Positions 9,212 through 19,240 are shown, counted from the stretch's first letter. The stretch is DNA of 39,769 nucleotides from Verrucomicrobiota bacterium (GCA_019233825.1 JAFAMB010000026.1:1-39769); one strand, 5' to 3'. Numbers and translations: made by a program. The notes: generated by a model not told the origin, from the sequence alone.

Positions 9212-9823
9212 TCACCGGGAATAAAGCTCAACGACCAATTGCTCGTTCACGATCGGCGCGATCTCTTCGCGCGAAGGAATTCGCATCACTTTACCTTGGA
9301 ATTGGTCCTTATCCACGACCAGCCAGTCTGGCACCGGCTGAATCTGCGTAAGCTCTAGATTGCGCGTGACCAGGCGCCGAGAACCCGGCTTGTCTTTGAT
9401 CGCGACAGCATCGCCGGCCTTCAGATTGTAAGAAGCGACATTCACCTTTCGATTGTTCACAGTGACATGTCCGTGAGATACCAGCTGGCGAGCCGCGTTA
9501 CGAGAATTCGCGAATCCGAGGCGGTAAACTATGTTATCGAGTCTGGTCTCCAGCATCTGCAGCAACGTCTCACCGGTGACGCCGCGTTTCCGCAGTGCGG
9601 TCTCAAAGTAACGACGGAACTGCCGTTCGAGCAAGCCATACTGGTGGCGCAGTTTCTGTTTCTCGGCCAAAGCAGTAGCATAATCCGATTGCTTCCGGCG
9701 CGATCCCTTTGGGCCATGCATACCGGGCGGGTAATTCTTCCTCTCCAGGGCTTTGCTCGGACCAAAAAGCGCGATTCCGTACCGACGACTAATTTTCGAT
9801 TTGGGACCAGTATAACGAGCCAT
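9212..9823 (-). CDS. rpsD: 30S ribosomal protein uS4
   Basis: MARYTGP, LAEKQKLR, LETRLDN, ARQLVSHGH, VELYSR; no zinc Cys motif. Confidence 0.98.
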   Translation of the reverse strand: MARYTGPKSKISRRYGIALFGPSKALERKNYPPGMHGPKGSRRKQSDYATALAEKQKLRHQYGLLERQFRRYFETALRKRGVTGETLLQMLETRLDNIVYRLGFANSRNAARQLVSHGHVTVNNRKVNVASYNLKAGDAVAIKDKPGSRRLVTRNLELTQIQPVPDWLVVDKDQFQGKVMRIPSREEIAPIVNEQLVVELYSR

Positions 9824-9845
9824 GATAAAGTTCTTCCTCGCGAAA

Positions 9846-10436
9846 TCAGACGCGACGCTGTTTCGGCGGGCGACAACCGTTATGCGGCACCGGTGTTACA
9901 TCCCGGATAACCGAAATATCAAGACCGATCGCTTGAATTGCGCGAACGGCGGACTCACGCCCTGCGCCCGGGCCTTTGACAAGCACTTCAACTTCTTTCA
10001 GGCCATGCCCCATGGCTTGGCGGCACGCATCCTGGGCGACCAACTGCGCTGCGTAAGCGGTGCTCTTACGGGATCCCTTAAAACCCACTTTGCCCGCGCT
10101 CGACCAACCAATGACACTGCCGTTTAGATCGGTGATCGAGACAATCGTGTTATTAAAAGTTGCCAGGATGTGAGCGACTCCTGCAGAGACGTTTTTGCTG
10201 CCCTTCGCTTTGATGATCTTCGGCTTATCGGCATCTCCGCTCTCAAGCGAAAGACTCACTTTGGCCGTCTCCGGGGCAGTCGCCTCCTTTTTCGACTTCA
10301 CTTTGGGAGCGCGCGTTGCTTTCGCCTGTTCACCACTCGGAGCCGGTGTCGACGCCTCGCGGGCGCCCGCCGGAGGCGCAGTAGGCGCCGAATCCTTTTT
10401 CGGAGCGGGTGTTGGTGTCGTGGTTTCGTCGGCCAT
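9846..10436 (-). CDS. rpsK: 30S ribosomal protein uS11 with N-terminal extension
   Basis: [39 protein letters not shown]. Confidence 0.97.
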   Translation of the reverse strand: MADETTTPTPAPKKDSAPTAPPAGAREASTPAPSGEQAKATRAPKVKSKKEATAPETAKVSLSLESGDADKPKIIKAKGSKNVSAGVAHILATFNNTIVSITDLNGSVIGWSSAGKVGFKGSRKSTAYAAQLVAQDACRQAMGHGLKEVEVLVKGPGAGRESAVRAIQAIGLDISVIRDVTPVPHNGCRPPKQRRV

Positions 10437-10453
10437 TTCGAAGCTACCTTGGA

Positions 10454-10849
10454 TTAGACTTTACCTGCCTTTGCATCTTTGTTGCGTTGCACGCCGACAG
10501 TCTTCCGCGGACCTTTCCGAGTGCGAGCGTTTGTCGAGGTCCTTTGACCACGCACGGGTAGACCGCGAATGTGTCGGATCCCGCGGTAACATCGAATGGC
10601 CTGCAAACGTTTCAGATTTCCTTGAATGTCTCTGCGCAAATCGCCCTCGATAAGTAATCCGCTGGCATTGATGGCATGACCAATTTCACCCAGCTGTTCG
10701 GGTGTCAGGCTTTTGGCGCGTAGATTCGGATCGATGTTCGCTTGCTCAAGGATCTTCTTCGCCGTTCTGGGGCCGATGCCATAAATATACGGCAAGGAAG
10801 CTTCAATCCGCTTTTCTCCGGGTATATCAACTCCAAGTAATCGAGGCAT
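10454..10849 (-). CDS. rpsM: 30S ribosomal protein uS13
   Basis: start reassigned to [10 protein letters not shown]; [25 protein letters not shown]. Confidence 0.97.
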   Translation of the reverse strand: MPRLLGVDIPGEKRIEASLPYIYGIGPRTAKKILEQANIDPNLRAKSLTPEQLGEIGHAINASGLLIEGDLRRDIQGNLKRLQAIRCYRGIRHIRGLPVRGQRTSTNARTRKGPRKTVGVQRNKDAKAGKV

Positions 10850-10910
10850 ATTTAGTATGCGGGCCCTCCGGGTGATTCCAATCAGCCGGCGCTGATTGCA
10901 ACCAGCCGGC

Positions 10911-11024
10911 CTAGCCCTGTCGTTGTTTGTGCCGTGGGTTCTTACAAACCACGCGGACCACATTTCTTCTTTTTATAATTCTGCAGCTCTCACAGAGCCG
11001 CTTAACCGAAGGTCGTACTTTCAT
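10911..11024 (-). CDS. rpmJ: 50S ribosomal protein bL36 (zinc-binding C+ form)
   Basis: hand translation [37 protein letters not shown]; GAGGA SD upstream; below the ORF-track length cutoff. Confidence 0.97.
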   Translation of the reverse strand: MKVRPSVKRLCESCRIIKRRNVVRVVCKNPRHKQRQG

Positions 11025-11045
11025 CCAAATTCGTCCTCAGGGGAC

Positions 11046-11085
11046 AAAAAAACGCAACCCGAGAGATACCCTCTCAGGAGCGTTT
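11046..11085 (-). terminator. intrinsic terminator-like hairpin after infA
   Basis: minus strand AAACGCTCCTGAGAG-GGTAT-CTCTCGGGTTGCG followed by T7. Confidence 0.6.
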
Positions 11086-11091
11086 CTGACC

Positions 11092-11310
11092 TTACTTTTG
11101 CCGGAAGGTGATTCGACCTTTCGTCAAATCGTAAGGCGACATCTCTACCATAACTTTGTCTCCTGGCAAGATCCGAATGAAATGTAATCGCATTTTTCCG
11201 GAGATATGCGCCAAAATCCGATGTCCGTTTGGCAGTTCGACGCGGAACATCGTATTCGGCAACAACTCTACTACCTTGCCTTCAACTTCGATGACGTCTT
11301 TTCGCGCCAT
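11092..11310 (-). CDS. infA: translation initiation factor IF-1
   Basis: [31 protein letters not shown]. Confidence 0.98.
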   Translation of the reverse strand: MARKDVIEVEGKVVELLPNTMFRVELPNGHRILAHISGKMRLHFIRILPGDKVMVEMSPYDLTKGRITFRQK

Positions 11311-12047
11311 GTCAAAATCTCCGGTTCACCTTTCGTCACTAAAACCGTGTGTTCAAAGTGCGCGGATGGAGAGTGATCGGCTGTGACGACCGTCCAGTCG
11401 TCATCCAATACTTTGACTGCGGCACGACCCATGTTGACCATCGGTTCAATCGCCAAAGTCATCCCGGCTCTTAGTTTCGCAGTAGCCCCGGAGGTGCGAT
11501 AGTTCGGTATCTGCGGTTCTTCGTGAAGGTGGCGACCCACTCCGTGACCCACGAATTCTTTGACCACGCTGAATCCGTTCAACTCCACTTCATCCTGGAT
11601 CGCCGCGCAGACGTCCCCGAGACGGCGACCTTCGCGAGCATTTTCAATCCCCTTGTACAGAGCGTCCTCGGTGACGCCAAGGAGTCGCTGCACGTCATCG
11701 CTGATCACCCCGACCGGTATCGTAGCTGCGGTATCACCGACGAAGCCATTGAGAATGACGCCGATATCCAGCTTCACTATATCCCCATATTGAATCCGCC
11801 GGGAGCTTCCGATCCCGTGAACAACCTCGTCGTTCACCGAGATGCAGATATGCCCGGGAAATTGCCTGTAACCGAGAAAGGCGCTCCTGCAACCGGCCAA
11901 TTCCATCAGTTTCGCGGCAGATTGATCCACATCTCTCGTCGTGATCCCTGGACACAGCATAGAGGAAAGCTCCTCTAGAATATTGCTCGCCAGCCTGCAA
12001 GACGCTCGCATCCGATCGATTTCCTGTGGTGTTTTGATCGGGATCAT
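11271..12047 (-). CDS. map: methionine aminopeptidase type I
   Basis: [44 protein letters not shown]. Confidence 0.97.
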   Translation of the reverse strand: MIPIKTPQEIDRMRASCRLASNILEELSSMLCPGITTRDVDQSAAKLMELAGCRSAFLGYRQFPGHICISVNDEVVHGIGSSRRIQYGDIVKLDIGVILNGFVGDTAATIPVGVISDDVQRLLGVTEDALYKGIENAREGRRLGDVCAAIQDEVELNGFSVVKEFVGHGVGRHLHEEPQIPNYRTSGATAKLRAGMTLAIEPMVNMGRAAVKVLDDDWTVVTADHSPSAHFEHTVLVTKGEPEILTWREKTSSKLKAR

Positions 12048-12126
12048 TCCATTATCAGTCGGCTCAAATTATTAATAACCAATCGTCTTGCCCTAGAAGA
12101 ATGATTCGTTTCTTCACCCTGATGCG

Positions 12127-13629
12127 CTATCTCTGGTTGACAAATATCGAGACGGCCACCCCGGCCACAGCCAAAACCGCGAACACCAACCACATCCACA
12201 GCAAAACGCTCTCCTTGACTACTCTCCCGGTTCCGCCTACGGCGCGCTCAAAGCGGCCCCGGATGCGACCCTTGCGCAAGAAACCATCATAGTGCCGTTG
12301 AATCAGGTGAGTCTCGACCTGCCGCATCGTGTCCAGGAGGACGCCCACGATGATTAGAAGACTCGTTCCTCCAAAAAACCGCGCCGTCATTCGCGGAACT
12401 CCAAGCAGGGTAATCATCGTTTCCGGAATCACGGCGATAACAGTCAGGAAAAGAGCTCCTGCAAAAGTCAATCGAGTCAACGTGAACTCCAGAAATTCAG
12501 CCGTCGGTTTTCCCGGGCGATATCCGGGAATGTATCCGTTGTACTTTTTCAGATCATCAGCGATTTGAGTCGGTTGGAACTGAATTGCGACCCAGAAGTA
12601 GCTAAAGAAAAAGATCAGCGCCGCCGTCAAAACGTAGTGCCAGACGCCGACCGCCAAGGCATTGGAGAGGATAACCGCCCATTCCTGGTTCCGGAACGCC
12701 ATGCTCAGGATCGTAGAAGGAAAAAGCAGAATCGCCTGGGCAAAGATCAGTGGCATCACCCCGACAGAATTGACCTTCAGGGGCAGAAACTGCGTCTGGC
12801 CGCCATAGACTTTCCGGCCCACCACTCGTTTGGCGTATTGGATGCTGATTTTCCGCTGCCCTTGCGTCAGGGCGATCACCGACGCAACAACCAAAACCAG
12901 GAACGCGAGCATTACCACCAGCACTATCGGGCTTACCCGGCTAGGAGCTCCGCCGGAAGGTACGAAAGTATTCCAAACCTGCACCAGCGCGCCCGGTAGT
13001 GAGGCGACGATCCCTACTGTGATGATCAGCGACGTTCCATTGCCAATCCCGCGATCGGTAATCTGGTCGCCAATCCACATGATAAACATCGTTCCCGCGC
13101 TCAAGGTGAGCGTAGCAATAAACTGAAAGCCAAACCCGGGGTTCTCGACCAACGGGCCGAGGCGCGCCGTTATTGCGTCGATTCCCTGCAGGAACGGATT
13201 TGAGGAAGGATTCTGCATAGAGACGGCCAGCAGATATCCCTGAAAGATGCACAAGCCGAGGGTCACATACCGCGTGTATTGAGTAATCTTCTGCCTGCCG
13301 CCATCTTCCCGAGCCAGCTTGTTCAGACGCGGAATCACCGCAGTCAGCAACTGCATCATGATCGACGCGCTGATGTACGGCATAATACCCAGGGAGAAAA
13401 CCGCGCAATGCTCCAGGGCGCCTCCGGCAAAAATATTGAAAAGCGCGGCCACGCCGCCGCCAGTCGACTTCGCCATGGAGCTTTGGAACCACTCGTTCAA
13501 GACATGGGCATTCACCCCCGGGATCGTAATTGCAGCGCCTGCTCGAATAATGACAAACATCGCAATCGTGAAGAGGATGCGCTGGCGCAATTCCGGAATT
13601 TTAAAGATATTCGTGAATGCAGAAATCAT
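12127..13629 (-). CDS. secY: preprotein translocase subunit SecY
   Basis: FSLGIMPYISASIMMQLL, GIGNGTSLII, GYIPGYRPGKPT, FGGTSLLIIVGV. Confidence 0.98.
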   Translation of the reverse strand: MISAFTNIFKIPELRQRILFTIAMFVIIRAGAAITIPGVNAHVLNEWFQSSMAKSTGGGVAALFNIFAGGALEHCAVFSLGIMPYISASIMMQLLTAVIPRLNKLAREDGGRQKITQYTRYVTLGLCIFQGYLLAVSMQNPSSNPFLQGIDAITARLGPLVENPGFGFQFIATLTLSAGTMFIMWIGDQITDRGIGNGTSLIITVGIVASLPGALVQVWNTFVPSGGAPSRVSPIVLVVMLAFLVLVVASVIALTQGQRKISIQYAKRVVGRKVYGGQTQFLPLKVNSVGVMPLIFAQAILLFPSTILSMAFRNQEWAVILSNALAVGVWHYVLTAALIFFFSYFWVAIQFQPTQIADDLKKYNGYIPGYRPGKPTAEFLEFTLTRLTFAGALFLTVIAVIPETMITLLGVPRMTARFFGGTSLLIIVGVLLDTMRQVETHLIQRHYDGFLRKGRIRGRFERAVGGTGRVVKESVLLWMWLVFAVLAVAGVAVSIFVNQR

Positions 13630-13647
13630 GAGCAGAATGACTGGAGA

Positions 13648-14094
13648 TTAACTACGAATAACCACTGCTCCCCCAGCCTTCTCGATGCCCTGGCGCGCCG
13701 TTTCGCTGAACTTGTCGGCTTCGACTGTCAACTTCCTGGTTAATTCGCCTCGGCCCAGAATCTTCAGACCGTCAAAACTTCCGTTAACGAGCCCCTTCTG
13801 ACGCAGGAGCTGTTCGGTTACATGAGTACCGTCTTCGAACTGCTCCAAGTCGCCAATATTAACAATTGCCAGAGAGGTTCTGAATGCGGCATTGTTGAAC
13901 CCCCGTTTCGGCAGCCGCCGGATGAGCGGCATTTGACCACCTTCAAAGCCGATTCGGATACTGCCGCCAGAACGCGCCTTTTGTCCCTTATGGCCTTTTC
14001 CACTGGTCTTGCCGTGACCTGAACTTTCACCGCACCCGAGCCGCTTGACCCGATGCTTCGCTCCAGGACGAAATGCTAATTCGTGTAACCGCAT
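13648..14094 (-). CDS. rplO: 50S ribosomal protein uL15
   Basis: GKTSGKGHKGQKARSG, GFEGGQMPLIRRLPKRGF. Confidence 0.98.
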   Translation of the reverse strand: MRLHELAFRPGAKHRVKRLGCGESSGHGKTSGKGHKGQKARSGGSIRIGFEGGQMPLIRRLPKRGFNNAAFRTSLAIVNIGDLEQFEDGTHVTEQLLRQKGLVNGSFDGLKILGRGELTRKLTVEADKFSETARQGIEKAGGAVVIRS

Positions 14095-14175
14095 AAACTA
14101 TAGATTGCTAGTAGCTAGAGACGCGCTCGTGCACTTCCAGGTTCTTTGGTCGGCCGGAAGCGCAGGAGCAGTTCC

Positions 14176-14703
14176 CTATCTCGTTTCCTTGCCCCGCAGC
14201 TTCAGGACATCCTGGCGGCGCCGGAGCCCGCGCAATGCTTCAATAGTAGCTTTGACCACATTGGCGTGATTACTCGAGCCGAGCGACTTGGCCAGCACAT
14301 CTTTTATGCCCGCAGCTTCTACCACAGCCCGGACGCCCCCACCCGCGATCACCCCGGTACCTGGAGAAGCGGGCCGCAACAGGACCCGTCCACCGCCAAA
14401 TTCTCCGATCACTTCATGAGGGATGGTATTTTCCTGGACAGCTACTGAAACCATCGATTTGCGCGCGGAATCAGATGCCTTGCGAATGGCCTCCGAAACT
14501 TCGTTCGCCTTGCCGAAGCCATAGCCCACGCGGCCCTTATGATCCCCAGCGACGATCAGGGCGCTGAAACTGAAACGGCGCCCTCCTTTCACCACCTTTG
14601 CACAACGATTGATGAAGACCACTTTCTCCGTCGTGTCGCTCTTCTGGGCATTCCGATCACCAGATGAACTATCACCGCGACGACTTCTTACTTCCGTTGC
14701 CAT
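14176..14703 (-). CDS. rpsE: 30S ribosomal protein uS5
   Basis: [23 protein letters not shown]. Confidence 0.98.
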   Translation of the reverse strand: MATEVRSRRGDSSSGDRNAQKSDTTEKVVFINRCAKVVKGGRRFSFSALIVAGDHKGRVGYGFGKANEVSEAIRKASDSARKSMVSVAVQENTIPHEVIGEFGGGRVLLRPASPGTGVIAGGGVRAVVEAAGIKDVLAKSLGSSNHANVVKATIEALRGLRRRQDVLKLRGKETR

Positions 14704-14743
14704 AATGTTTCTATAATAGCGCCCAGCCTCCAGGCCTCCGAAA

Positions 14744-15100
14744 TTAAAACTCTAATCCTCCGGCGCGAGCCGCCTCGGCCAACGCCTTCACTTTCCCGTG
14801 GTAACTAAACCCTCCGCGGTCAAATACCACAGTCTTTATGTTTTTTTGCAAACTTCTTTCGGCAACGAGCGCACCAAGTTTTTGCGCCATAGCCACATTT
14901 GCATTTGTCCGCCGATTTCCCTTCACAACCGCCTCGACGGTCGAAGCAGCAGCCACGGTTTTCCCAACAGAATCGTCGATCACTTGCGCATAAATATGCC
15001 GTCCGGAGAAGTGTACTGCGAGACGAGGGCGCTCAGCCGTGCCAACAACCCGCCGGCGAATTCGTTGATGTCGAACCTTTAAGTGATTTATCGTTGCCAT
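14744..15100 (-). CDS. rplR: 50S ribosomal protein uL18
   Basis: [31 protein letters not shown]. Confidence 0.97.
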   Translation of the reverse strand: MATINHLKVRHQRIRRRVVGTAERPRLAVHFSGRHIYAQVIDDSVGKTVAAASTVEAVVKGNRRTNANVAMAQKLGALVAERSLQKNIKTVVFDRGGFSYHGKVKALAEAARAGGLEF

Positions 15101-15144
15101 TTCTATCAGGAGACGGATCAGACCTGCCTCTACTCGGATAGTTG

Positions 15145-15684
15145 CTATTGGACCGTTTTGCCTTCCTTCCGGAGAATCTGTTCGCCGACATACCGGATGC
15201 CCTTACCCTTATATGGTTCCGGCGGATAATACGATCGAATGTCGGCGGCCACCTGACCGACCACTTGTTTGTCGATGCCTTCGATCAAAATCTTGGTGTT
15301 TTCCTGCACTGTGATTTTGATAGCATCCGGAATCGGGAAGGCGACCGGATGCGAGAACCCGATATTCAAATTCAGAAACTTCCCCTGCACCTGCGCGCGA
15401 AAACCCACACCGTGAATTTCTAGTCCCTTCTGAAAACCCTGGCTCACACCTATCACCATGTTGTTGATCAAGCTACGGGAGAGCCCGTGAAGCGCCCTTA
15501 CAGCCCTGGACTCGGTATTCCGATCCAAAACTGCCTGCTTTCCTTCCACCCGGAGTTTAATCTGTTTTGGCAAAACCCACTCCAGCTTACCCTTTGGACC
15601 TTCCACCTTGATCGCACCCGAATCGGTAACAGCCATTTTTACTTTTTCAGGAATTTCGATCGATTTCTTGCCAATACGCGACAT
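15145..15684 (-). CDS. rplF: 50S ribosomal protein uL6
   Basis: start reassigned to MSRIGKK; GPKGKL, PEPYKGKGIRY. Confidence 0.97.
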   Translation of the reverse strand: MSRIGKKSIEIPEKVKMAVTDSGAIKVEGPKGKLEWVLPKQIKLRVEGKQAVLDRNTESRAVRALHGLSRSLINNMVIGVSQGFQKGLEIHGVGFRAQVQGKFLNLNIGFSHPVAFPIPDAIKITVQENTKILIEGIDKQVVGQVAADIRSYYPPEPYKGKGIRYVGEQILRKEGKTVQ

Positions 15685-15697
15685 ACCCAAACCTTCC

Positions 15698-16096
15698 TTA
15701 CCACACCAGAGCCAGCAACTCGCCGCCCACATGCTCTTTGCGAGCCTCGCGGCCCGTAATAATCCCTCGTGACGTCGAAAGAATTGCGACACCCATTCCG
15801 CCGAGTACCCGCGGAATATTGTGCGAGCCCACATATTTTCGGAGCCCGGGCTTGCTCATTCGTTTCAGACCGGTCAACACCGGGGTGCGATTCACAAATT
15901 TCATCGTCACTTTGATCAACGCAGGCTTGCTTTGCGTATCGACCTCGAATTCAGAGATATATCCTTCCTGTTTCAGGATCCTGGCTATTTCCTCTTTGAT
16001 TCGAGAGTAAGGCACCGATACGTCGCTCCGGTGCGCACGCGCCGCATTACGCAGCCGTGCCAGAAAATCCGCGATTGGATCTGAGAGGTTACTCAT
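15698..16096 (-). CDS. rpsH: 30S ribosomal protein uS8
   Basis: DPIADFLARLRNA, SKPGLRKY, LSTSRG, GGELL. Confidence 0.97.
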   Translation of the reverse strand: MSNLSDPIADFLARLRNAARAHRSDVSVPYSRIKEEIARILKQEGYISEFEVDTQSKPALIKVTMKFVNRTPVLTGLKRMSKPGLRKYVGSHNIPRVLGGMGVAILSTSRGIITGREARKEHVGGELLALVW

Positions 16097-16680
16097 TTAT
16101 CATTCTCCTGCGACTGAGTCCTGGTGAGCTGCTTCTTATCACTGAACGGAACACCCAGTTCGATCAAAAGAGCTTTGGCTTCTTCATTCGTTTTCGCCGT
16201 GGTGACAATCGTAACGTCAAACCCGACATTGTGCTTAATTTTGTCCAGTTCTACTTCGGGAAAAATCGACTGATCATGGACACCCAGTGTGTAATTGCCC
16301 TGACCGTCAAATGCCTTGGGAGAGACTCCCCGGAAATCGCGGATTCGCGGCAATGCCATCTTAATCAGGCGTTCAAGGAATTCGTACATGCGGTCCCCGC
16401 GCAGAGTCACTTTCGCGCCAATCGCCTGACCCTTGCGAAGTTTAAAATTGGAAATGCTCTTTTTCGCTTTTGTTTCGGCCGGCTTCTGGCCGGTGATCAA
16501 TGAAAGCTCCCTTTTCGCATCTTCGAGCGCTTGTTTGAGGTCGCTGCCTTGAGCCGAAATGCAGGTGTTCACCACGACCTTATCCACCTTGGGCACCTGA
16601 AGAATATTTTTGTAACCCAGGCTCTTGCGAAGCGCCAACACTACTCGCTCCTGATATTCTTTGTACAGTTCGGCTTGCAT
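16093..16680 (-). CDS. rplE: 50S ribosomal protein uL5
   Basis: ITGQKP, KVTLRG, LPRIRDFRG, FDGQGNYTLG. Confidence 0.98.
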   Translation of the reverse strand: MQAELYKEYQERVVLALRKSLGYKNILQVPKVDKVVVNTCISAQGSDLKQALEDAKRELSLITGQKPAETKAKKSISNFKLRKGQAIGAKVTLRGDRMYEFLERLIKMALPRIRDFRGVSPKAFDGQGNYTLGVHDQSIFPEVELDKIKHNVGFDVTIVTTAKTNEEAKALLIELGVPFSDKKQLTRTQSQENDK

Positions 16681-16683
16681 CCT

Positions 16684-16956
16684 TTATTCCTCCCGATTTT
16701 TTTTCGCAGGCTTGGCACTCCGAGTCTCGATCAGCTTCACATTCGAAATATGAATCGGACCCTCCCGGGTAATAATGGCCCCGTTGGGATTATCCTGCGA
16801 CTTGCGCCGAGTCTTCTTGATGAGGCGGACTCCCTCGATCAATACCTGCTGTTTGCTTGGTAAAACCTGCAAGACTTTGCCCGACGCTCCGCGATGGTTG
16901 CCGGAGATCACCTCCACTTCGTCGCCCTTTTTTACGTGAAACTTTGGCTTGTTCAT
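16684..16956 (-). CDS. rplX: 50S ribosomal protein uL24
   Basis: KOW motif [12 protein letters not shown]; EGPIHISNV. Confidence 0.96.
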   Translation of the reverse strand: MNKPKFHVKKGDEVEVISGNHRGASGKVLQVLPSKQQVLIEGVRLIKKTRRKSQDNPNGAIITREGPIHISNVKLIETRSAKPAKKNREE

Positions 16957-17318
16957 AACACTTCCGGAGCGAGCGATATGATTTTCATGAAATTCTTCTC
17001 GCGCAACTCGCGAGCAACCGGCCCGAAAATGCGGGTGCCCCTGGGGTTCAGATCCTTATCGATGATGACAATGGCGTTGTTATCAAACCGCAGGTACGAC
17101 CCATCATCCCGTTTCACGGGCTGCTTCGTTCGGACGACGACGGCGCGAACAACCTCCCCCTTTTTTACGGTGCCATTCGCGGCGGCTTCTTTCACGTTGC
17201 ACGTGATCACGTCGCCGACCGAAGCATAAGGAGTTTGCTTCCCGATGACACCGATCATGGTCGCCATCCGGGCGCCCGTGTTGTCGGCCACATCTAATCT
17301 GGAACGAATCTGAATCAT
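16953..17318 (-). CDS. rplN: 50S ribosomal protein uL14
   Basis: [32 protein letters not shown]. Confidence 0.98.
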   Translation of the reverse strand: MIQIRSRLDVADNTGARMATMIGVIGKQTPYASVGDVITCNVKEAAANGTVKKGEVVRAVVVRTKQPVKRDDGSYLRFDNNAIVIIDKDLNPRGTRIFGPVARELREKNFMKIISLAPEVL

Positions 17319-17337
17319 GGTCTTGCCCCTCCTGCCG

Positions 17338-17835
17338 TCAATGTTTCAATACTTCGACCAGTTGCCACCGTTTCAGACGGCTCAAAGGGCGGGTCTCTTC
17401 GACACGCACCAGATCCCCGATCGCACACTGATTGTGCTCATCGTGCACGTAAAACTTCTTGGTTCGTTTGACGATCTTCCCAAACTTGGTGTGTGGAACT
17501 CGACGAACAACCGCGACCACGATCGTCTTGTTCATTTTGTTGGACACCACCTCGCCGACACGCGTTTTCCGAAGATGCCGCTTCGGAGTCTCAGACTGCT
17601 GCGGTTGAGCCGCCGGAGCTCCCGCCAAAGGGGATTCCGAGGTTGAAGTGTGTTCGTCGGATGAACCGGCGCCCTCGACCGCCGCGGTAGGGCGAGGCTC
17701 GGTAGGGCGAGGCTCGGTAGGGCGAGGCTCGGTAGGGTGAGGCTCGGTAGGGCGAGGCTCCGTCCGAGCCGCGGCGCCTGACGTCACCAAAGGCAGTTCC
17801 TCCCCGCCTTCAGCCTTTACAGTCTCTTCACTCAT
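17338..17835 (-). CDS. rpsQ: 30S ribosomal protein uS17 with long repeat-containing N-terminal extension
   Basis: core [29 protein letters not shown]; start at 17835 is the only in-frame ATG upstream of the core. Confidence 0.93.
   Translation of the reverse strand: MSEETVKAEGGEELPLVTSGAAARTEPRPTEPHPTEPRPTEPRPTEPRPTAAVEGAGSSDEHTSTSESPLAGAPAAQPQQSETPKRHLRKTRVGEVVSNKMNKTIVVAVVRRVPHTKFGKIVKRTKKFYVHDEHNQCAIGDLVRVEETRPLSRLKRWQLVEVLKH
17686..17770 (+). repeat. 5 x 15-bp tandem repeat derived from a GTAG-type REP, inside rpsQ
   Basis: GGTAGGGCGAGGCTC x5 (4th copy GGTAGGGTGAGGCTC) at 17686-17760, then CGTCCGAGCC completing the GGCTC/GAGCC hairpin. Confidence 0.9.
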
Positions 17836-17884
17836 CTTTTCACTTTCTTATTCCTACAAACGGCTGGAAGCTCGTCCGTCCGGG

Positions 17885-18085
17885 TCACACGCCGGCTTTC
17901 CGGGTGCGCTCAGTCAGGATCGTTTCAATCCGGGCAACCTCTCTACGGTTGCTCCGGATCACGCTCGGCTTCTCCGTCGCCCCCGTCTGCTGTTGCAGTC
18001 GGAGGTTAAACGCATCTTTCCTCAACTCGTAGCGGCGAGCGAGCAGTTCATCGTTACTTAATTCGCGTAATTCTTTTATCTTCAT
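17885..18085 (-). CDS. rpmC: 50S ribosomal protein uL29
   Basis: ELRELS, FNLRLQ, RREVARIETIL; synteny. Confidence 0.95.
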   Translation of the reverse strand: MKIKELRELSNDELLARRYELRKDAFNLRLQQQTGATEKPSVIRSNRREVARIETILTERTRKAGV

Positions 18086-18104
18086 TAAACCAGCCTCCGA
18101 TCAT

Positions 18105-18530
18105 TCAAGCAGCCGCAGCGTGCTGCCGGCTGATGAATCGCGTTCGAACCGGGAGCTTCGTTGCAGCCAGCCGCAGAGATTCCCGCGCGACCGATTCCGT
18201 GACGCCGTCCAATTCGAAAAGGATGTTCCCGGGGCGAACGACCGCGACCCAGTATTCGGGGTTACCTTTGCCTTTACCCATTCGGGTTTCCGGCGGCCGC
18301 TGCGTGACTGATTTGTCCGGAAAAATTTTTATCCATAGCTTCCCTTTTCTTTTCATATTGCGCGTCAACGCAATGCGCGCTGCTTCGATCTGCGTGTTCG
18401 TGATCCAAGCCCGCTCGAGCGTTTGTAACGCGTATTCACCAAACGCTATACTGATATTCCGCGAAGCGCTGCCCGCCCGACTGCCGCGCTGCGTCTTACG
18501 ATATTTTACCCTCTTCGGCAACAAAGGCAT
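18105..18530 (-). CDS. rplP: 50S ribosomal protein uL16
   Basis: [25 protein letters not shown]. Confidence 0.98.
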   Translation of the reverse strand: MPLLPKRVKYRKTQRGSRAGSASRNISIAFGEYALQTLERAWITNTQIEAARIALTRNMKRKGKLWIKIFPDKSVTQRPPETRMGKGKGNPEYWVAVVRPGNILFELDGVTESVARESLRLAATKLPVRTRFISRQHAAAA

Positions 18531-18551
18531 AAGTTGTCTGCCTCCTAAAAA

Positions 18552-19238
18552 CTATCTGGAACCAGGCACGGCCTCATGCCCGGTCTCTTTCCTTGGCGGC
18601 TGCTGATCAGCCACCGGCTCCGGTTTACAAATCCAGCATTTCACACCGATTTTTCCGTATACGGTGTCCGCTTCAGCAAACCCATAATCGATCGGCGTAC
18701 GGAGTGTATGCAGGGGAATCTTCCCCTCGCGATACCATTCTGCCCGTGAGATCTCCGCGCCTCCAAGCCGGCCCGAACAACGAATTTTGATGCCCAATGC
18801 CCCAAAATCCATAGTGGTCTGAACCGCTTTCTTCATCGCCCGACGAAACGAAATACGGCGCTCAATTTGCAACGCTACGTTTTCTGCGACTAGCTGCGCA
18901 TCCAACTCAGGTGTCTTGATCTCCTGGATATCAATCTTGACCTGCTTGCCACCCGACATTCGGGTGATCTCTTCAGTCATTTTCTCGATTTCCGCACCTT
19001 TACGCCCGATCACGATCCCAGGGCGAGCCGTATAAATGGTGACCCGGATGCTATTCCAGGCCCGTTCGATCACAATCTTCGCGACCGCGGCCATGGCGAG
19101 TTTTTGCTTCACGAACTGGCGTATCTTCAGGTCGGCATGCAAGAAATCTGGAAATTCTTTCGAAGACGCATACCAGCGTGACCGCCACTCTTTACTGAGC
19201 GCGAGTCGGAACCCGATCGGATTAACTTTCTGTCCCAT
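18552..19238 (-). CDS. rpsC: 30S ribosomal protein uS3
   Basis: [38 protein letters not shown]. Confidence 0.98.
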   Translation of the reverse strand: MGQKVNPIGFRLALSKEWRSRWYASSKEFPDFLHADLKIRQFVKQKLAMAAVAKIVIERAWNSIRVTIYTARPGIVIGRKGAEIEKMTEEITRMSGGKQVKIDIQEIKTPELDAQLVAENVALQIERRISFRRAMKKAVQTTMDFGALGIKIRCSGRLGGAEISRAEWYREGKIPLHTLRTPIDYGFAEADTVYGKIGVKCWICKPEPVADQQPPRKETGHEAVPGSR

Positions 19239-19240
19239 GC

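Noticed and set aside
10850-10963. N-terminal extension of rpsM (and likewise rplF 15685-15834)
   Set aside because: These overlap rpmJ and rpsH respectively; canonical starts lie downstream
17686-17760. CRISPR array
   Set aside because: Units are directly adjacent 15-mers with no spacers, and no cas genes are present
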